Below are positions 61,952 through 64,000 of a DNA stretch of 64,000 bases, one piece after another (the first letter of the stretch is position 1; each line of letters starts with the position of its first letter). The position numbers and the translations under genes were made by a program. The stretch lies in assembly GCA_046582655.1 (NCBI GenBank), contig JAYGDX010000346.1:46999-110998 (forward strand), given 5' to 3'. Source of the DNA: Candidatus Poribacteria bacterium. Its GTDB lineage: Bacteria; Poribacteria; WGA-4E; UBA9662. The notes beneath the pieces were generated by a model. It saw only the letters and a program-made list of their open reading frames with translations, was not told where the DNA came from and did no database searches.

Positions 61952-62683
61952 TTACTGGCTTTTCGCCTGGTATTCTTGCAGAGCCTGTTTGGCTTCAGGA
62001 GTTCCTATCTTTTCCAAGGCACCAGCAACCAAAGAACTAACTGCTTTAATATCATTATTCAATACCTTGATCAAAGCTGGTACTGCTTCTCCTGCTCCTA
62101 TCCGACCCAAAGCAGCAACAGCATTCCGCCGAACTCCCACATCTTTGTCATCTAATACCTTTATCAGGTCGGGTACTGCCTGTTTGGCTGTTACTCCTAT
62201 CTCTCCTAAAGAACGGGCAGCGGAAACGCGAACACCTGCATTTTTGTCGCTTAATGACTCTATCAGTGTCGGCACAAATTCAACTAGTGACTGTTTAGCT
62301 TTAGGAGTACCTATCTTTGCCAGCGCGCCAGCAGCTGTAGCCCGAATTTCCTTATGTTCATCGTTTAATGTTTTTATCAGGGCAGACACTGCCAGTTTGG
62401 CAGGTTCCCCCATCATGTTTAACGCGACAACCGCGTTCCAACGCACACCTACATCTTGATGACTCAACGCTTTTATCAGGGCAGGGACTGCCGGTTCTCC
62501 CATTTTACTTAAAGAGACTGTCGCATAAGTCCGAATCATTCCATCACTGTCACCAAGTTCTCTCACTAATTGTTGTATTTCTTGGTCCTGAGTTTCCTGT
62601 TCCTCATCTGAACATCCAAAAATGAAAACTCCGAGGTTAAGAAGTAACAACAAATTTATGATTACTGTCAATCCAGGTTTCAT
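61952..62683 (-). CDS. HEAT-repeat lipoprotein
   Basis: AAGGGAG RBS, lipobox IFGC, repeated 'AVPALIK.L.D....VR..A..ALG.IG'. Confidence 0.88.
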   Translation of the reverse strand: MKPGLTVIINLLLLLNLGVFIFGCSDEEQETQDQEIQQLVRELGDSDGMIRTYATVSLSKMGEPAVPALIKALSHQDVGVRWNAVVALNMMGEPAKLAVSALIKTLNDEHKEIRATAAGALAKIGTPKAKQSLVEFVPTLIESLSDKNAGVRVSAARSLGEIGVTAKQAVPDLIKVLDDKDVGVRRNAVAALGRIGAGEAVPALIKVLNNDIKAVSSLVAGALEKIGTPEAKQALQEYQAKSQ

Positions 62684-62830
62684 GATATCTCCCTTGTTTC
62701 GGTTACATAATTGCCGATGCTTGCTTATTCTAGCTTTTTTGCATGTAATTATCAATTGTGAAACTTGTGCTTAAGTCTTCAACCTGTTTGAAATAAGTTG
62801 AACTTGCAATTGGAAGTGTTCCATGTCTAA

Positions 62831-63185
62831 TCGACCAGCGGGAATTCGCGGAATGTAATTTGTGCCATTGAAGCCGCTAAATCTGCCGAAATGAAAACCT
62901 TCGCCCTACTCGGAAAAACGGCGGAAAGATGAAGGCTATGGCTGATTTCTGGTTAATTGCTCCCGGCAAACATCCGACCGCATTCTGACCGAAGCGGCTG
63001 AACGCATGATTTTTCCGGACAACTATTGAACGGTGGTTGTGATTTGGAATAACAGTTACTTTGTTGTTATTTCTAAGCCGACATTTTCAGTTGCAATAAA
63101 CCTGTGATTAACCGTCAGGTCTTTATATCTGTCAACATGGCCACTCGCCCAATGAATCTCAACGAAATCTATCCTTCCGGCATCT
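62831..63185 (+). repeat. Right copy of the duplicated junction: degenerate gmhA 3' fragment (62831-63029) plus intact CRTAC1 3' end
   Basis: The gmhA copy has two 1-nt deletions and a 30-nt deletion relative to 61299-61531. Confidence 0.9.
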
Positions 63186-64000
63186 CCAACTCCAAAATGT
63201 GCGCGTAGAGCACTGAAAGCAAGATAACTTCCACCGCTTTGTACTTCTTGGTATTGTTTTAAGTCACCGGTAACCAGTTTGATTCGTGTTCCAATGCCCG
63301 ATTTGTTACTCTTGGTTCCAATGACATTAATCTGTATCCAATTATTTCGGTTACCGCCTTCATTTCGCAATAAATCCGCCGTCTGATTCCAGTTGGTGAC
63401 AAGTATATCCAGATCTCCATCGTTGTCATAATCACCAAAAGCTGCCGCACGGCTGACTTTCTTGAGTGTTAATCCGGAACCGGATTGATTGCTGATGTTT
63501 TCAAATGTTCCGTCTCCCAGATTTCTAAACAGGAGGTTACGTTGCGGATATGTTGTGGAGCGGTCAATTTCGGCAATGTTATCTAGAACGTGTCCGTTAG
63601 CCACGAAGATGTCCTTGTAACCGTCGTTGTCGTAATCGAAGAAAGCAATTCCCCATCCCAAATAGCTGTATGTAATTTCTCCGATGCCAGCCAACGTTGT
63701 CACATCGGCGAAAAAACCGCTCCCTTCATTATGGTATAGCGTATTTGTTTCCTTCTGGAAATTACTGACAGTTAGATCTAGCAATCCATCATTGTCATAA
63801 TCACCGAAGATAGTACCCATCCCGGCTTCCTCTTTCCCCATATCGCTGTAACTGACACCGGAAAGTAAAGCTGTCTCCTCGAATTTGCCGTTACCCTGAT
63901 TCTGAAACAGGAAGTTTGGATCTTGATCATTGGCCACGTAAAGGTCTTGATCGCCATCGTTGTCGTAATCGCTGAAAGCGACACCTAAACCGTGACAGGC
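63056..64000 (-). CDS. CRTAC1 family protein (FG-GAP repeats + ASPIC/UnbV), 5' end outside the window
   Basis: Repeated 'DYDNDG..D', 'LF.N.G.G.F', 'SN..GIG..I', 'G.SY....HFG.G', 'I.W.SG'; frame open to the window edge. Confidence 0.92.
   Translation of the reverse strand, partial: ACHGLGVAFSDYDNDGDQDLYVANDQDPNFLFQNQGNGKFEETALLSGVSYSDMGKEEAGMGTIFGDYDNDGLLDLTVSNFQKETNTLYHNEGSGFFADVTTLAGIGEITYSYLGWGIAFFDYDNDGYKDIFVANGHVLDNIAEIDRSTTYPQRNLLFRNLGDGTFENISNQSGSGLTLKKVSRAAAFGDYDNDGDLDILVTNWNQTADLLRNEGGNRNNWIQINVIGTKSNKSGIGTRIKLVTGDLKQYQEVQSGGSYLAFSALRAHFGVGDAGRIDFVEIHWASGHVDRYKDLTVNHRFIATENVGLEITTK

Noticed and set aside
61809..62459. 216-aa plus-strand ORF
   Set aside because: It is the tail of the LamG remnant running into the antisense shadow of the HEAT-repeat gene.

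Overview
A 64-kb, moderately AT-rich bacterial chromosome segment. The gene content points to Candidatus Poribacteria or a relative (inference): paired DUF6785-like membrane proteins, PhyH, sulfatases, ThuA, HEAT and CRTAC1 proteins, and secreted proteins ending in 'GK..T.W..K'. Most of it is housekeeping: rpoB-rpoC-ispE-tRNA-Gln-rplY, infC-rpmI-rplT, moeA, ruvX-mltG-lpxC/fabZ, rsgA, uppS, trpC and gmhA, with many gene remnants in between. No integrase, transposase, CRISPR array or rRNA was seen. The main anomalies are: (1) four DNA-level-similar copies of a ~50-aa module inserted in-frame at two distant sites of RNA polymerase beta-prime; (2) natural substitutions in the RpoB rifampicin pocket; (3) a locus of a TonB-dependent receptor, a T9SS-CTD-like protein and a PorV/PorQ-family barrel, where the receptor is split by a -1 frameshift at A7 followed by a hairpin; (4) a duplicated gmhA/CRTAC1 convergent junction with reciprocal decay around a 1.2-kb cargo; (5) a 6S-like RNA behind a promoter and terminator; (6) ispE with no canonical start codon; (7) an orphan three-gene block including a divergent lytic-transglycosylase-like protein. 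All family calls come from motif recognition by eye; no searches were run.
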